Source of the DNA: Alphaproteobacteria bacterium
Lineage (GTDB): Bacteria; Pseudomonadota; Alphaproteobacteria; SHVV01
DNA: 64,000 bases
NCBI GenBank assembly: GCA_965261735.1
Contig: OZ253470.1
Coordinates: 2,496,001-2,560,000 of the forward strand
Reading direction: 5' to 3'
A program made the translations under genes and the position numbers. Shown here piece by piece: positions 10,050 through 19,255 of the stretch (position 1 is its first letter; each line of letters begins with the position of its first letter). Below the pieces are notes generated by a model. It did no database searches. It was given only the letters and a program-made list of their open reading frames with translations, and had not been told where the DNA came from.

Positions 10050-10055
10050 GCGCCG

Positions 10056-11450
10056 ATGGACAAGCCCTGGCACGAGATGACCGCGCTCGAGCTCGGCGCC
10101 GCGGTTGCGGTTGGCACGATCGATGCGCTGGCGCTTACCGAGCACTTCCTCGACCGCATCGCGCGCATGGACGAGGACCACGCGATCTACATCCGCGCCA
10201 CCGCCGAGCGCGCCCTCGCCGAAGCCGGCGCCGCCGGCGAAAGAGCGCGCCAGGGCCTTTCGCGCGGGCCGCTCGACGGCGTGCCGATCTCGTGGAAGGA
10301 CCTCTTCGATGCCGCCGGCACGGTGACGACCAACGGCTCGCCCCTGTTCGCCGACAGCGTCGCGGCGCTCGATGCCAAGGTGCTGGTGCGGGCAACCCAC
10401 GCCGGCATGGTCTGCCTCGGCAAGACCACGATGTCCGAATTCGCCTATTCCGGCCTCGGCATCAACCCGACGATGGGGATGCCGGTCAACTGTTTCGACA
10501 ACGAGACCAGGCGGTCCCCGGGAGGTTCGTCATCGGGCGCCGCGGCCTCGGTCGCGAACGGCCTTGCGGCGGCCGCGATCGGCAGCGACACCGGCGGCTC
10601 GGTGCGCATCCCTGCGGCTTGGCACGGTCTCGTCGGGCTCAAGACGACCTACGGTGCCCTACCGCTCGAGGGGATGGTGCCGCTATGGCCGAGCGTCGAT
10701 ACGGTGGGGCCGCTCACCCGTGACGTCGCCGACGCGGCCGCCCTGTTCGCCGTGCTCGCCGCGAGACCCGCGCTGGACCTGAATGGCGCGAGCCTCGCGG
10801 GCGTGCCTCTCCTGGTACCGACGAACATGGTGTGGGACGAGGCCGAGGCGGGCGTGGTCGAGGCCATCGAGGACGCGATCGGGCGGCTCGAGGGGGCGGG
10901 CGCCGTCGTGACACGCGCAGAAATTCCGGAGTTTCACGCCGTCGGCGAAGCGAGCGCGGCGATCGGCAAGCTGATGAGCGGCGAGGTCTACGGCTTGTGG
11001 AGGGAGGCGCTCGAGGCCCACCCCGATCGCGTCTTCCCGCCGACCCTCGCGCGTTTCCGGGGCGGGCGCGACCAGGCGGCGCCCGACAGCTCCGCCATGC
11101 GCCAGCGCCTCGCCGGCCTCGCCCGCGACTACCTGGCGCGCACGGCCCCCTATGCGGTCGTGCTCGCGCCGACCTCGGTCATCACGCCGCCCGCCATCGC
11201 CGATGTCGAGGACGGTGGCGAGACCTACGCGGCCACCAACATCCGGACCCTGAAGAACACGCGCATCGGCAACCTCTTCGGCCTGTGCGCCCTCACCCTG
11301 CCGTGCGGCTCCGCGGACGGTCTGCCGGTCGGCCTGATGCTCTACGGCGCACCCGGGTGCGATGCGGAGCTGCTCCGCCTTGCGGCCGCGGCGGAGACGG
11401 CGCTAGCCGCCGCGGCACCCGAGCCCGCATTTCCGCACCCCGCCACATGA
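10056..11450 (+). CDS. Amidase signature family protein
   Basis: SWKD, GGSSSG, GSDTGGSVRIP. Confidence 0.93.
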   Translation: MDKPWHEMTALELGAAVAVGTIDALALTEHFLDRIARMDEDHAIYIRATAERALAEAGAAGERARQGLSRGPLDGVPISWKDLFDAAGTVTTNGSPLFADSVAALDAKVLVRATHAGMVCLGKTTMSEFAYSGLGINPTMGMPVNCFDNETRRSPGGSSSGAAASVANGLAAAAIGSDTGGSVRIPAAWHGLVGLKTTYGALPLEGMVPLWPSVDTVGPLTRDVADAAALFAVLAARPALDLNGASLAGVPLLVPTNMVWDEAEAGVVEAIEDAIGRLEGAGAVVTRAEIPEFHAVGEASAAIGKLMSGEVYGLWREALEAHPDRVFPPTLARFRGGRDQAAPDSSAMRQRLAGLARDYLARTAPYAVVLAPTSVITPPAIADVEDGGETYAATNIRTLKNTRIGNLFGLCALTLPCGSADGLPVGLMLYGAPGCDAELLRLAAAAETALAAAAPEPAFPHPAT

Positions 11451-11572
11451 TGTAGTTGATAGGTACACAAGGGCTACCCCTTGTATCGGCGGGCGCGCGC
11501 GGATAGATTTGTTTGTGTTTTGTACGCGCTTTCTCTCTCAAAGCCCGGTGCGCGGCGAGGCTCGAGGGCCCT

Positions 11573-12778
11573 ATGTACAACCAGCGCCTCGACGTTCTCG
11601 GCGAGGGCCCGTTCAGGCGTCTGGCGGCGCTGCTCGACGGCATCACACCCGTGAGCGAAGGGCAGCCGGTGCTGATGTCGCTCGGCGAGCCGCGCCATCC
11701 CTTCCCCGACTTCGTGGGTGAGGTGCTGAACGCGAACCGCTATCTCTACGACCGCTATCCGCCAGCCAACGGCACCGCCGCGTTTCGCGCCGCCGTCGCG
11801 GCATGGCTCGGCGAGCGCTACGGCTTGCCCGAGGGCATGATCGACCCCGAGCGCCATGTCGTCGCGCTGGCCGGGACGCGCGAGGGGCTGTTCATGCTGG
11901 CGCCGCTCGTGGTGCCGGAAGCGAAGTCGAACCGCCGGCCGCTCGTGTTAATGCCGAATCCCTTCTATCACTGCTACGCTGGAGCCGCCGTGGCCGCGGG
12001 CGCGGAGCCCATATATCTGCCGGCGACCCGGGAGACCGGGTTCCTGCCCGATTTCACCCAGTTGAGTGAGGAGGCCCTGGCGGCGACGGCGCTCGTCTAT
12101 TTGTGCTCGCCGGCCAACCCGCGGGGTGCGGTCGCCAGCCTCGACTACTTAGCCGATCTCTTCGCCCGTGCCCGAGCCTACGATTTCGTCGTCGCCGTCG
12201 ACGAGTGCTACGCCGAAATCTACGACCGCGAGCCGCCCCCCGGAGCGCTGGAAGCGTGCGCGCGCGACGGCGATGTGGCCAACGTTGTCGCCTTCCACTC
12301 CCTGTCGAAGCGCTCGAGCGTGCCCGGCCTGCGCTCCGGCTTCGCGGCCGGCGATCCCGACCTCATGGCGCGCTTTCGTGAGCTCCGCGCCTATGGCTCG
12401 GCGACCACGCCGCGGCCCGTCTACGAGGCCGCCACCGCATTGTGGCGCGACTCCGCCCATGTCGAGGCCAATCGCGCCCTCTACCGCGAGAAGTTCGACA
12501 TCGCCGAGCGTATTCTCGACGGCCGCTTCGATTTCTATCGGCCACCGGGCGGATTCTTCCTGTGGCTCGACGTCGGCGACGACACGGCCGCGGCGCGCAC
12601 GCTGTGGCGCGAGGCGGCGATCCGCGTCCTGCCCGGCAGCTACCTTGCGCGCGAGGTCGCGGGCGGCACCAATCCCGGTGCGGGCTATGTCCGTATCGCG
12701 CTGGTCGCCGACAACGAGGAAATCGCCACCGCCCTCACCGAGGTCGGGCGCGTCCTCGACGGTCGTAACCGGACATGA
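11573..12778 (+). CDS. Class I/II aminotransferase (DapC-like)
   Basis: GTREGLF, CSPANP.G, DECYAE, SLSKRSS.PGLRSG. Confidence 0.88.
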   Translation: MYNQRLDVLGEGPFRRLAALLDGITPVSEGQPVLMSLGEPRHPFPDFVGEVLNANRYLYDRYPPANGTAAFRAAVAAWLGERYGLPEGMIDPERHVVALAGTREGLFMLAPLVVPEAKSNRRPLVLMPNPFYHCYAGAAVAAGAEPIYLPATRETGFLPDFTQLSEEALAATALVYLCSPANPRGAVASLDYLADLFARARAYDFVVAVDECYAEIYDREPPPGALEACARDGDVANVVAFHSLSKRSSVPGLRSGFAAGDPDLMARFRELRAYGSATTPRPVYEAATALWRDSAHVEANRALYREKFDIAERILDGRFDFYRPPGGFFLWLDVGDDTAAARTLWREAAIRVLPGSYLAREVAGGTNPGAGYVRIALVADNEEIATALTEVGRVLDGRNRT

Positions 12779-15156
12779 ACCAGCCCTCGAGCACGACTCG
12801 GCCGACCTTTCTGCCGCGCTCGCTCGTCTACTTCATGCGTCGCCGGGTCACCGAGCTCGCCGCGCTCGCGCTCTTCCTGGTGGCGGTGCTGCTCGCCCTC
12901 GCGCTCGCCAGCTACGCCCCTGGCGACCCCAGCTTCAACAACGCCGCCGGCGGTCCGGCCGCCAACCTGATCGGCCGCCCGGGGGCCTTCGCCGCCGACT
13001 TCCTATTGCAGACACTTGGCCTCGCAGGGGCCCTACCTTCGCTGGTGCTGGCAGGCTGGGCGTGGCGCATCGGCAGCCATCGGGGCCTGCGCCGCGTGTG
13101 GCTGCTGGTCGCGCTCATGCCGCTGGTCTTGATCGCGGGCGCCACTTTCGCGGCCAGCCTGGATGCGTTCGAGGCATGGCCGCTGGCGACCGGCAGCGGC
13201 GGCTGGCTCGGCCACTTCCTGCTGCTCCAGTTGGTGCAGCTCGGCCACGCGGCCGGCGTCGTGCTTGCGCCATCGCTGCTGACCCTCGCGCTCGCGCTCA
13301 TCAATGTGCCGCTGCTCGTCTACGGCTTGGGCCTCGGCCGTGCCGACTGGCGCGGCCTGGCGCGCGGCGGCCTATGGCTCAGCCGAGGGCTCTGGCGCGG
13401 TGTCGCCGGCGCGACGGGAGCGCTGGTCCGGCGCCGCCGTCACAGCACACCTCGGCGCGGCACCGGCGGCGGCGCCCGGCGCGACCCGGACGTAGTCGCC
13501 CGACGCGCGTCCGACCCCGACGCAGACGGGCTTCGCGCCGTCGCCGAGGATGCCCTCGTCGAGCGCCGCGAGGGCGCCCAGCCGCGGGTCGAAAAGCGCG
13601 CGGCGCGGCCCAAGGCGGGCAAGCGCGCCGTGGCCGAGACGCAGCCGACGCTCGATCTCGTGCCCGGCGAGTACCGGCTGCCACCGCTCAGCCTGCTCGC
13701 GCTGCCGGGGAGCCGCATGCGCCAAGCCACGCTCCATGAGGACGCGTTGGCGCAGAACGCCCGACTGCTCGAAGCGGTGCTCGAGGATTTCGGTGTCACC
13801 GGCGAGGTCACGCGGGTGCGGCCGGGACCGGTGGTGACGCTCTATGAGCTCGAGCCCGCGCGCGGTACCAAGACCTCGCGCGTGATCGGCCTCGCCGACG
13901 ACATCGCCCGCTCGATGATCGCCATCTCGGTGCGTGCCGCCGTCGTGCCGGGCAAGAACGCCATCGGAATCGAGCTCCCCAACGCCACGCGCGAGAAGGT
14001 CTACCTGCGCGAGCTGCTGGCCAGCACCGACTACGAGAATTCCACGGCCAAGCTCACGCTGGCGCTCGGCAAGGACATCGCCGGCGCACCGGTGATCGCC
14101 GATCTCGCACGCATGCCCCACCTCCTGATCGCCGGCACCACCGGTTCGGGCAAGTCGGTCGCGGTCAACACGATGATCCTATCGCTGCTCTATCGGCTGC
14201 CGCCGAACGAGTGCAAGCTGGTGCTGATCGACCCCAAGATGCTCGAGCTGTCGGCCTATGACGGTATCCCGCACCTGCTCACGCCGGTGGTGGTGGATCC
14301 GGGTAAAGCGGTGGTGGCGCTGAAATGGACGGTGCGTGAGATGGAGGAGCGCTACCGCGCCATGTCCCGGCTCGGCGTGCGCAATATCACCAGCTTCAAT
14401 CAGCGGCTGGCCGATGCCCGGGCCCGCGGCGAAGACCTCAAGAGGACGGTGCAGACCGGATTCGATGCCGAGACCGACGCCCCCGTGTTCGAGGACGAGC
14501 AGCTCGACCTCGAGCCGATGCCCTACATCATCGTCGTCGTCGACGAGATGGCCGATCTCATGATGCTCGCCGGCAAGGAGATCGAGGGCACGATCCAACG
14601 CCTGTCGCAGATGGCACGCGCTTCCGGAATCCACATTATCATGGCGACCCAGCGGCCCTCGGTCGATGTCATCACCGGCACCATCAAGGCCAACTTCCCG
14701 ACGCGTGTGAGTTTTCAGGTGACCTCGAAGGTGGACAGCCGCACCATCCTCGGCGAACAGGGGGCCGAGCAACTCTTGGGGTCGGGCGACATGCTCTATA
14801 TGCAGACGGGCGGGCGCATCACGCGGGTCCACGGTCCCTACGTCTCCGAGGAGGAGGTCGAAGCCGTGGTGGCATCTCTCAAGCGCCAGGGCGAGCCGAC
14901 CTATCTCGAGGCCGTGACGCAGGCGCCCGAGGACCTCGATCCGCTCGATACCGGGCCGGCGGACGAGCTCTACGACCGGGCCGTGGCCCTGGTGTGCCGC
15001 GAGCGCAAGGCGTCGACGAGCTTTATTCAGCGCCATCTACAGATCGGCTACAACCGGGCCGCGCGGATCGTCGAGCGCATGGAGCAGGAAAACGTCGTGA
15101 CGCCGGCCAATCATGCCGGCAAGCGCGAGGTCCTGGCGCACGACACGTTCGAGTAG
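12775..15156 (+). CDS. ftsK: DNA translocase FtsK
   Basis: N-terminal TM helices, [27 protein letters not shown] gamma domain. Confidence 0.98.
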   Translation: MNQPSSTTRPTFLPRSLVYFMRRRVTELAALALFLVAVLLALALASYAPGDPSFNNAAGGPAANLIGRPGAFAADFLLQTLGLAGALPSLVLAGWAWRIGSHRGLRRVWLLVALMPLVLIAGATFAASLDAFEAWPLATGSGGWLGHFLLLQLVQLGHAAGVVLAPSLLTLALALINVPLLVYGLGLGRADWRGLARGGLWLSRGLWRGVAGATGALVRRRRHSTPRRGTGGGARRDPDVVARRASDPDADGLRAVAEDALVERREGAQPRVEKRAARPKAGKRAVAETQPTLDLVPGEYRLPPLSLLALPGSRMRQATLHEDALAQNARLLEAVLEDFGVTGEVTRVRPGPVVTLYELEPARGTKTSRVIGLADDIARSMIAISVRAAVVPGKNAIGIELPNATREKVYLRELLASTDYENSTAKLTLALGKDIAGAPVIADLARMPHLLIAGTTGSGKSVAVNTMILSLLYRLPPNECKLVLIDPKMLELSAYDGIPHLLTPVVVDPGKAVVALKWTVREMEERYRAMSRLGVRNITSFNQRLADARARGEDLKRTVQTGFDAETDAPVFEDEQLDLEPMPYIIVVVDEMADLMMLAGKEIEGTIQRLSQMARASGIHIIMATQRPSVDVITGTIKANFPTRVSFQVTSKVDSRTILGEQGAEQLLGSGDMLYMQTGGRITRVHGPYVSEEEVEAVVASLKRQGEPTYLEAVTQAPEDLDPLDTGPADELYDRAVALVCRERKASTSFIQRHLQIGYNRAARIVERMEQENVVTPANHAGKREVLAHDTFE

Positions 15157-15161
15157 CCGCC

Positions 15162-15800
15162 GTGGCGAGGGGACCCGAGTTCACGCGCAACTGCGCCATC
15201 GCCGTGGTTGCCGGCGTGCTGGTGTGGGCGTCGCCTCCCGCGGCGGCCCTGACACCGGAGGACGATGCCGACCTCGGGCGGGTCGAGAGCTACCTCAACT
15301 CCATCGAAACGCTGCAGGGGCGCTTCCTGCAGGTCGCCGAGGACGGCGCGCAGGCGCACGGCCGCTTCTTCCTCAAGCGCCCCCGGCGCCTGCGCTTCGA
15401 GTATGCGCCGCCAACCCCGGTCCTGATCGTAGGCGATGGGATTTGGCTCGTGTTCCACGACAAGGAGATCGGCCAGGTGAACCGCCTTCCGCTGTCGTCG
15501 ACGCCGGTGGGCCTGCTCGTCGAGGACGTGATCTCCTTTACCGGGCGCGTCGCAGTCACGGCCGTGGAGCGCCGGCCGGGCCAGCTGCGGGTGACGATAC
15601 GCGACCGCGACAATCCGGGCCAGGGCGAGTTGCGCCTCGTCTTCAGCGACCCGCCGCTCGAGCTGCGGCAGTGGCACGTCATCGACGCACAGGGCCTGAC
15701 CACGCGCGTGTCCCTGTTCGAGGTGCTGGCCAATGCGCCGCTGGAAGCGGGTTTGTTCGTGTTCCGCGACCCCCCGACCCCGGACCAGCGGGCCGACTGA
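15162..15800 (+). CDS. lolA: Outer membrane lipoprotein carrier LolA
   Basis: G.F.LKRP..LRFEY, TP..LL, LRQW.V.DAQG; follows ftsK. Confidence 0.9.
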   Translation: MARGPEFTRNCAIAVVAGVLVWASPPAAALTPEDDADLGRVESYLNSIETLQGRFLQVAEDGAQAHGRFFLKRPRRLRFEYAPPTPVLIVGDGIWLVFHDKEIGQVNRLPLSSTPVGLLVEDVISFTGRVAVTAVERRPGQLRVTIRDRDNPGQGELRLVFSDPPLELRQWHVIDAQGLTTRVSLFEVLANAPLEAGLFVFRDPPTPDQRAD

Positions 15801-15803
15801 GGC

Positions 15804-16841
15804 ATGCGACATCGAATCACGATCCGCCAGGCGGGCGCGGCGATCGAGGTGGCGGGCGACGAGTTCGTCCTCGAGCGCGCGTTAGCCGAGGGGCTCGCCT
15901 TCCCTCATCTGTGCCGCACCGGGCTGTGCGGCACCTGTAAGGCGATGGTGCTGGCCGGGGCCTTCGACCTGGCCGACCACGATCGCGCCGCGCTCACCGA
16001 CGAGGAAGAATCGCTGGGCCGCATCCTGGCCTGCCGGGCGCGGCCGCGCGGCGACGGCGAGATCGCCTACGTGCTGCGCGACGGCGTGCCGGCGCACGCG
16101 GTCGGCACGCTCGCCGGGCGCATCGTCGACCTCGAGCCCGCGACCCACGACATCACCATCATGCGGCTCGAAGTCGAGGCGGGCGGGCCGATGGCGTTCG
16201 CGCCCGGCCAGTATGCGAGCCTGGCATTCCCCGGCGCCCCGGCGCGCGACTTCTCCATGGCCAACCGGCCCGGCGAGCCGGCGCTCGAGTTCCATCTCCG
16301 GCGCGTCCCCGGCGGGGCGCTCGGGGACTACCTCGCGCGCCATCTCCGGCTCGGCGACCGGATCGGCCTGGAGGGGCCGTTCGGCACCGCATTCCTGCGC
16401 GAGAATCACTGCGGCCCGATTGTGGCGGCGGCCGGGAGCACCGGCCTCGCGCCCATCAAGTCCATCGTCGACACGGCGCTCTGCCTGGGCCGCGAACGTG
16501 ACATCCACATCTATCTCGGAGTTCGCGACGAGCCCGACGTCTACCTTGAGCCGCATTTCGCCGAGCTGGCGCGGCGCCACGACGGCGTGACCTTCGACAT
16601 CGTTCTGTCCGAGCCGGCGCGGCCGACGCGGCGCCGCACGGGACTGGTCGCCGACGCAGTGTCCGAGGACCTCGATCGCCCGCATGGGTGGAGCGCCTAT
16701 GTGGCCGGGCCGCCGGTCATGGTGGCGGCGACGGTCGCGGCGCTCGAGCGATGCGGCATCGCCCCCGGCCACTGCTACGCGGATCCCTTCTACTCGGAGG
16801 CGGAAAAGGCGGGCGCCGTCAACGTGGCGCCGTACGCATGA
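15804..16841 (+). CDS. 2Fe-2S ferredoxin:FAD/NAD(P)H oxidoreductase
   Basis: CRTGLCGTC...LAC, GQY, RDFSMA, EGPFG, GSTGLAP, AGPPVM. Confidence 0.9.
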   Translation: MRHRITIRQAGAAIEVAGDEFVLERALAEGLAFPHLCRTGLCGTCKAMVLAGAFDLADHDRAALTDEEESLGRILACRARPRGDGEIAYVLRDGVPAHAVGTLAGRIVDLEPATHDITIMRLEVEAGGPMAFAPGQYASLAFPGAPARDFSMANRPGEPALEFHLRRVPGGALGDYLARHLRLGDRIGLEGPFGTAFLRENHCGPIVAAAGSTGLAPIKSIVDTALCLGRERDIHIYLGVRDEPDVYLEPHFAELARRHDGVTFDIVLSEPARPTRRRTGLVADAVSEDLDRPHGWSAYVAGPPVMVAATVAALERCGIAPGHCYADPFYSEAEKAGAVNVAPYA

Positions 16842-17425
16842 GCGACGACGACCCCGATGAGATGCCCGACCTCGATGATTTCGCCAACCTCATCGCCGTC
16901 GCCCGCTTCGCGCGTCGAATCGAGCACGTTCCCTGGTTCGAGGCCGTTGGCCAACCGCACGACGATTCGATTCGTGCCGAGGCCGAGGCCTACCTTGGGG
17001 CGCTCGGATTTCCCGACACCTTCATCGCCGACGTCGCCGGATGGGGCGAGGCCGAGATCGTCGCCGAAAACCCGAACTGGAACCCCCAGTGGTGGGAGGC
17101 CGAGGAGCAGCTCCGCGCCGCGCTCACGACCGATGCGTTGACCCTGGTGGCGGAATCGGAGCTCGCCGCTGCGATGACGCACGTCGCCGCCGTTGCCGCC
17201 GAGGTCGTGCCCGCGGGCGCCGAGGCCGCGGCGGCGCGCGCCGGAATGGCCGACGAGGAACTGATCCGGGCTGCCACGGGCGCCGCCACGCAGGCGTGCC
17301 ACCACGCGGCTCTGGTGTTGGCCGCGGCGGCCGAGCCCGACCACCCGCTGGCGCTGAAGTTCCACCTGTTCGAGGTCGGCCGCTGGCCCCTCGGCATTAC
17401 CGGCACGACATTTCACCTGTTCTAG
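16838..17425 (+). CDS. Hypothetical protein
   Basis: ATGA overlap with the upstream gene, host-like codon use, ends KFHLFEVGRWPLGITGTTFHLF. Confidence 0.75.
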   Translation: MSDDDPDEMPDLDDFANLIAVARFARRIEHVPWFEAVGQPHDDSIRAEAEAYLGALGFPDTFIADVAGWGEAEIVAENPNWNPQWWEAEEQLRAALTTDALTLVAESELAAAMTHVAAVAAEVVPAGAEAAAARAGMADEELIRAATGAATQACHHAALVLAAAAEPDHPLALKFHLFEVGRWPLGITGTTFHLF

Positions 17426-17438
17426 CGGCGCCAAACGC

Positions 17439-18248
17439 ATGCCAGCCGCCACGGACAAGCTACGAATCGCGACCTGGAACATCAACTCGATCCGTCTGCG
17501 GCTGGCCGGCCTGCGCCGCGTCACCAAGGCCTTCGCGCCGGACGTGATCTGCCTCCAGGAGATCAAGGTGGCGAACGAGCTTTTCCCGCACGCGGCGGTG
17601 CGCGCCATGGGATACGCCCATGTCGCGGTCCACGGCCAGAAGAGCTATCACGGTGTGGCCATTCTCTCGCGCCTGCCGCTCACCGATATCGCGACACGCC
17701 AGTGGTGCGGGGTCGAAGATTGCCGCCACGTCCAGGCGCGCTTGCCCCACGGCATCGTGGTGCACAACTTTTATGTCCCCTCCGGCGGCGACGTCCCGGA
17801 CCCGCAGCACAACCCGAAGTTCGCCCCCAAGCTGAGGTTCCTGAGCAAGACGGCGGCGTGGTTCGAGGCCGAGCCGGTCGGCGACAAGTCGATCCTTGTC
17901 GGCGATCTCAACATCGCGCCGCTCGAGACCGACGTGTGGTCGCACAAGCAGCTCACGGGGGTCGTCTCGCATACGCCGATGGAAGTCGCGCACCTGGCGC
18001 GCCTGCAGTCGGCCTCGGCATGGATCGATGCGGTCCGCCACTTCGTACCGGCGAGCGAGCGCCTCTATACCTGGTGGAGCTATCGTGCCCGCGACTGGGC
18101 CGCCTCGGATCGCGGCCGCCGGCTCGATCATGTGTGGGCGACTCCGACGCTGGGGCCGGCGCTACGCGGCGCGCAGGTGATCCGCGAGGCGCGCGGCTGG
18201 CCCAAGGCCTCGGACCACGTCCCCGTCGTCGTCGACCTTGGCGTCTAG
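17439..18248 (+). CDS. xth: Exodeoxyribonuclease III
   Basis: TWNINS, CLQE.K, GDLN, YTWWSYR, RLDH, SDH.P. Confidence 0.95.
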   Translation: MPAATDKLRIATWNINSIRLRLAGLRRVTKAFAPDVICLQEIKVANELFPHAAVRAMGYAHVAVHGQKSYHGVAILSRLPLTDIATRQWCGVEDCRHVQARLPHGIVVHNFYVPSGGDVPDPQHNPKFAPKLRFLSKTAAWFEAEPVGDKSILVGDLNIAPLETDVWSHKQLTGVVSHTPMEVAHLARLQSASAWIDAVRHFVPASERLYTWWSYRARDWAASDRGRRLDHVWATPTLGPALRGAQVIREARGWPKASDHVPVVVDLGV

Positions 18249-18781
18249 GGCGCGATGGTGTCGGCGCGGTACATGAAGTAGCGCTCGGGGGCGACGCCCT
18301 CGGGCAACGCCACCTCGCTCAGCGCAGATGCCGACAGCGGCTGGTCGGCGACGATGACGCCGCCACTGGCCATCAGGGGCGCAAGCACCGGGCCGAGCCA
18401 GGCGGCAAGCTCGCCGGTCGCCTCACGATCGCCGCTGCCGATGTCGCAGTGCGCGAGCGCGGCGGGCGCGCCGGTCCGCGCCAGCGCGGCCGGTAGGGTT
18501 TCAGAGAAATCGCCGAGGATGAAATGGCTGGAATCGGGCGTGCTGTCGGGATGGGCGGCGCGGTGGCGGTCGAAGACGAAGATCGCCCGATCGGGGCACA
18601 GGGCGCGCAGATGATCGTAGGTGCGGCCGTTGCCGAGCCCTAGTTCGAGCACCGGTCCCGGCAGCTCGCGGACGAGCGCGGCCGCCGCGTCGAGGCAGAC
18701 GCGCTGGGCCCGCAAACGTGCGATGAAGCTGTCGAGGCGGCTGCGCCGCCGTGGCGCGCGATGGCCCGCGGAAACCGTCAC
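18245..18781 (-). CDS. Small class I SAM-dependent methyltransferase (Methyltransf_17-like)
   Basis: SRLDSFI.RL.AQR, LELGLGNGRTYDHLR, HCDIGSG; GTG start inferred. Confidence 0.82.
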   Translation of the reverse strand: MTVSAGHRAPRRRSRLDSFIARLRAQRVCLDAAAALVRELPGPVLELGLGNGRTYDHLRALCPDRAIFVFDRHRAAHPDSTPDSSHFILGDFSETLPAALARTGAPAALAHCDIGSGDREATGELAAWLGPVLAPLMASGGVIVADQPLSASALSEVALPEGVAPERYFMYRADTIAP

Positions 18782-18786
18782 CAGCG

Positions 18787-19236
18787 CTAGTTGTTGGCCG
18801 CCGATTTCATCAACTGCGAGGTCATCTTCTCCAGGCGCAGCGCCAGCACACGCATGATCTCGACCGCCATCTGCGGAAACTCGCCGACCAGCCGGAAGAA
18901 CAGATCCTTGGAGATCTTGAGCGCGGTCAGTTCGCCCTGCGCCTTGACCGTGGCCGTGCGCGGCACGTCGCATAGGATCGCGATCTCGCCGACGAAATCG
19001 TTCTTGCCGGCGTTGGCCACGGTCAGCGGCCCGTTGGGCGTGTTGACGATAACATCGGCATTGCCGTCAATGATGATGTAGGCGGCGTCGCCGATGTCGC
19101 CCTGGACCATCAGGTCCTGGCCGGGATGAAATGTCAGCCGCTCGCTCGTGAACGCCAGCAGCTTCAGCTTGGAGGGCTCGATCCGCGCAAACAGCGGGAT
19201 GTTTCGCAGTAGTTCGACTTCCTCGGTGAGGCTCAA
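18787..19236 (-). CDS. Stand-alone cyclic nucleotide-binding protein
   Basis: QGD.GD..YII..G, FVGEIA...PRTATV phosphate-binding cassette; no HTH. Confidence 0.92.
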   Translation of the reverse strand: MSLTEEVELLRNIPLFARIEPSKLKLLAFTSERLTFHPGQDLMVQGDIGDAAYIIIDGNADVIVNTPNGPLTVANAGKNDFVGEIAILCDVPRTATVKAQGELTALKISKDLFFRLVGEFPQMAVEIMRVLALRLEKMTSQLMKSAANN

Positions 19237-19255
19237 GGCAGTTCTCCCGGCAGCC

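Noticed and set aside
9993-10400. N-terminal extension of the Ubi hydroxylase ORF
   Set aside because: Overlaps the amidase; the FAD motif and promoter indicate a start at 9992.
12168-13739. 523-aa Arg/Pro-rich alternative-frame ORF
   Set aside because: Overlaps the aminotransferase and ftsK; composition typical of GC-rich off-frames.
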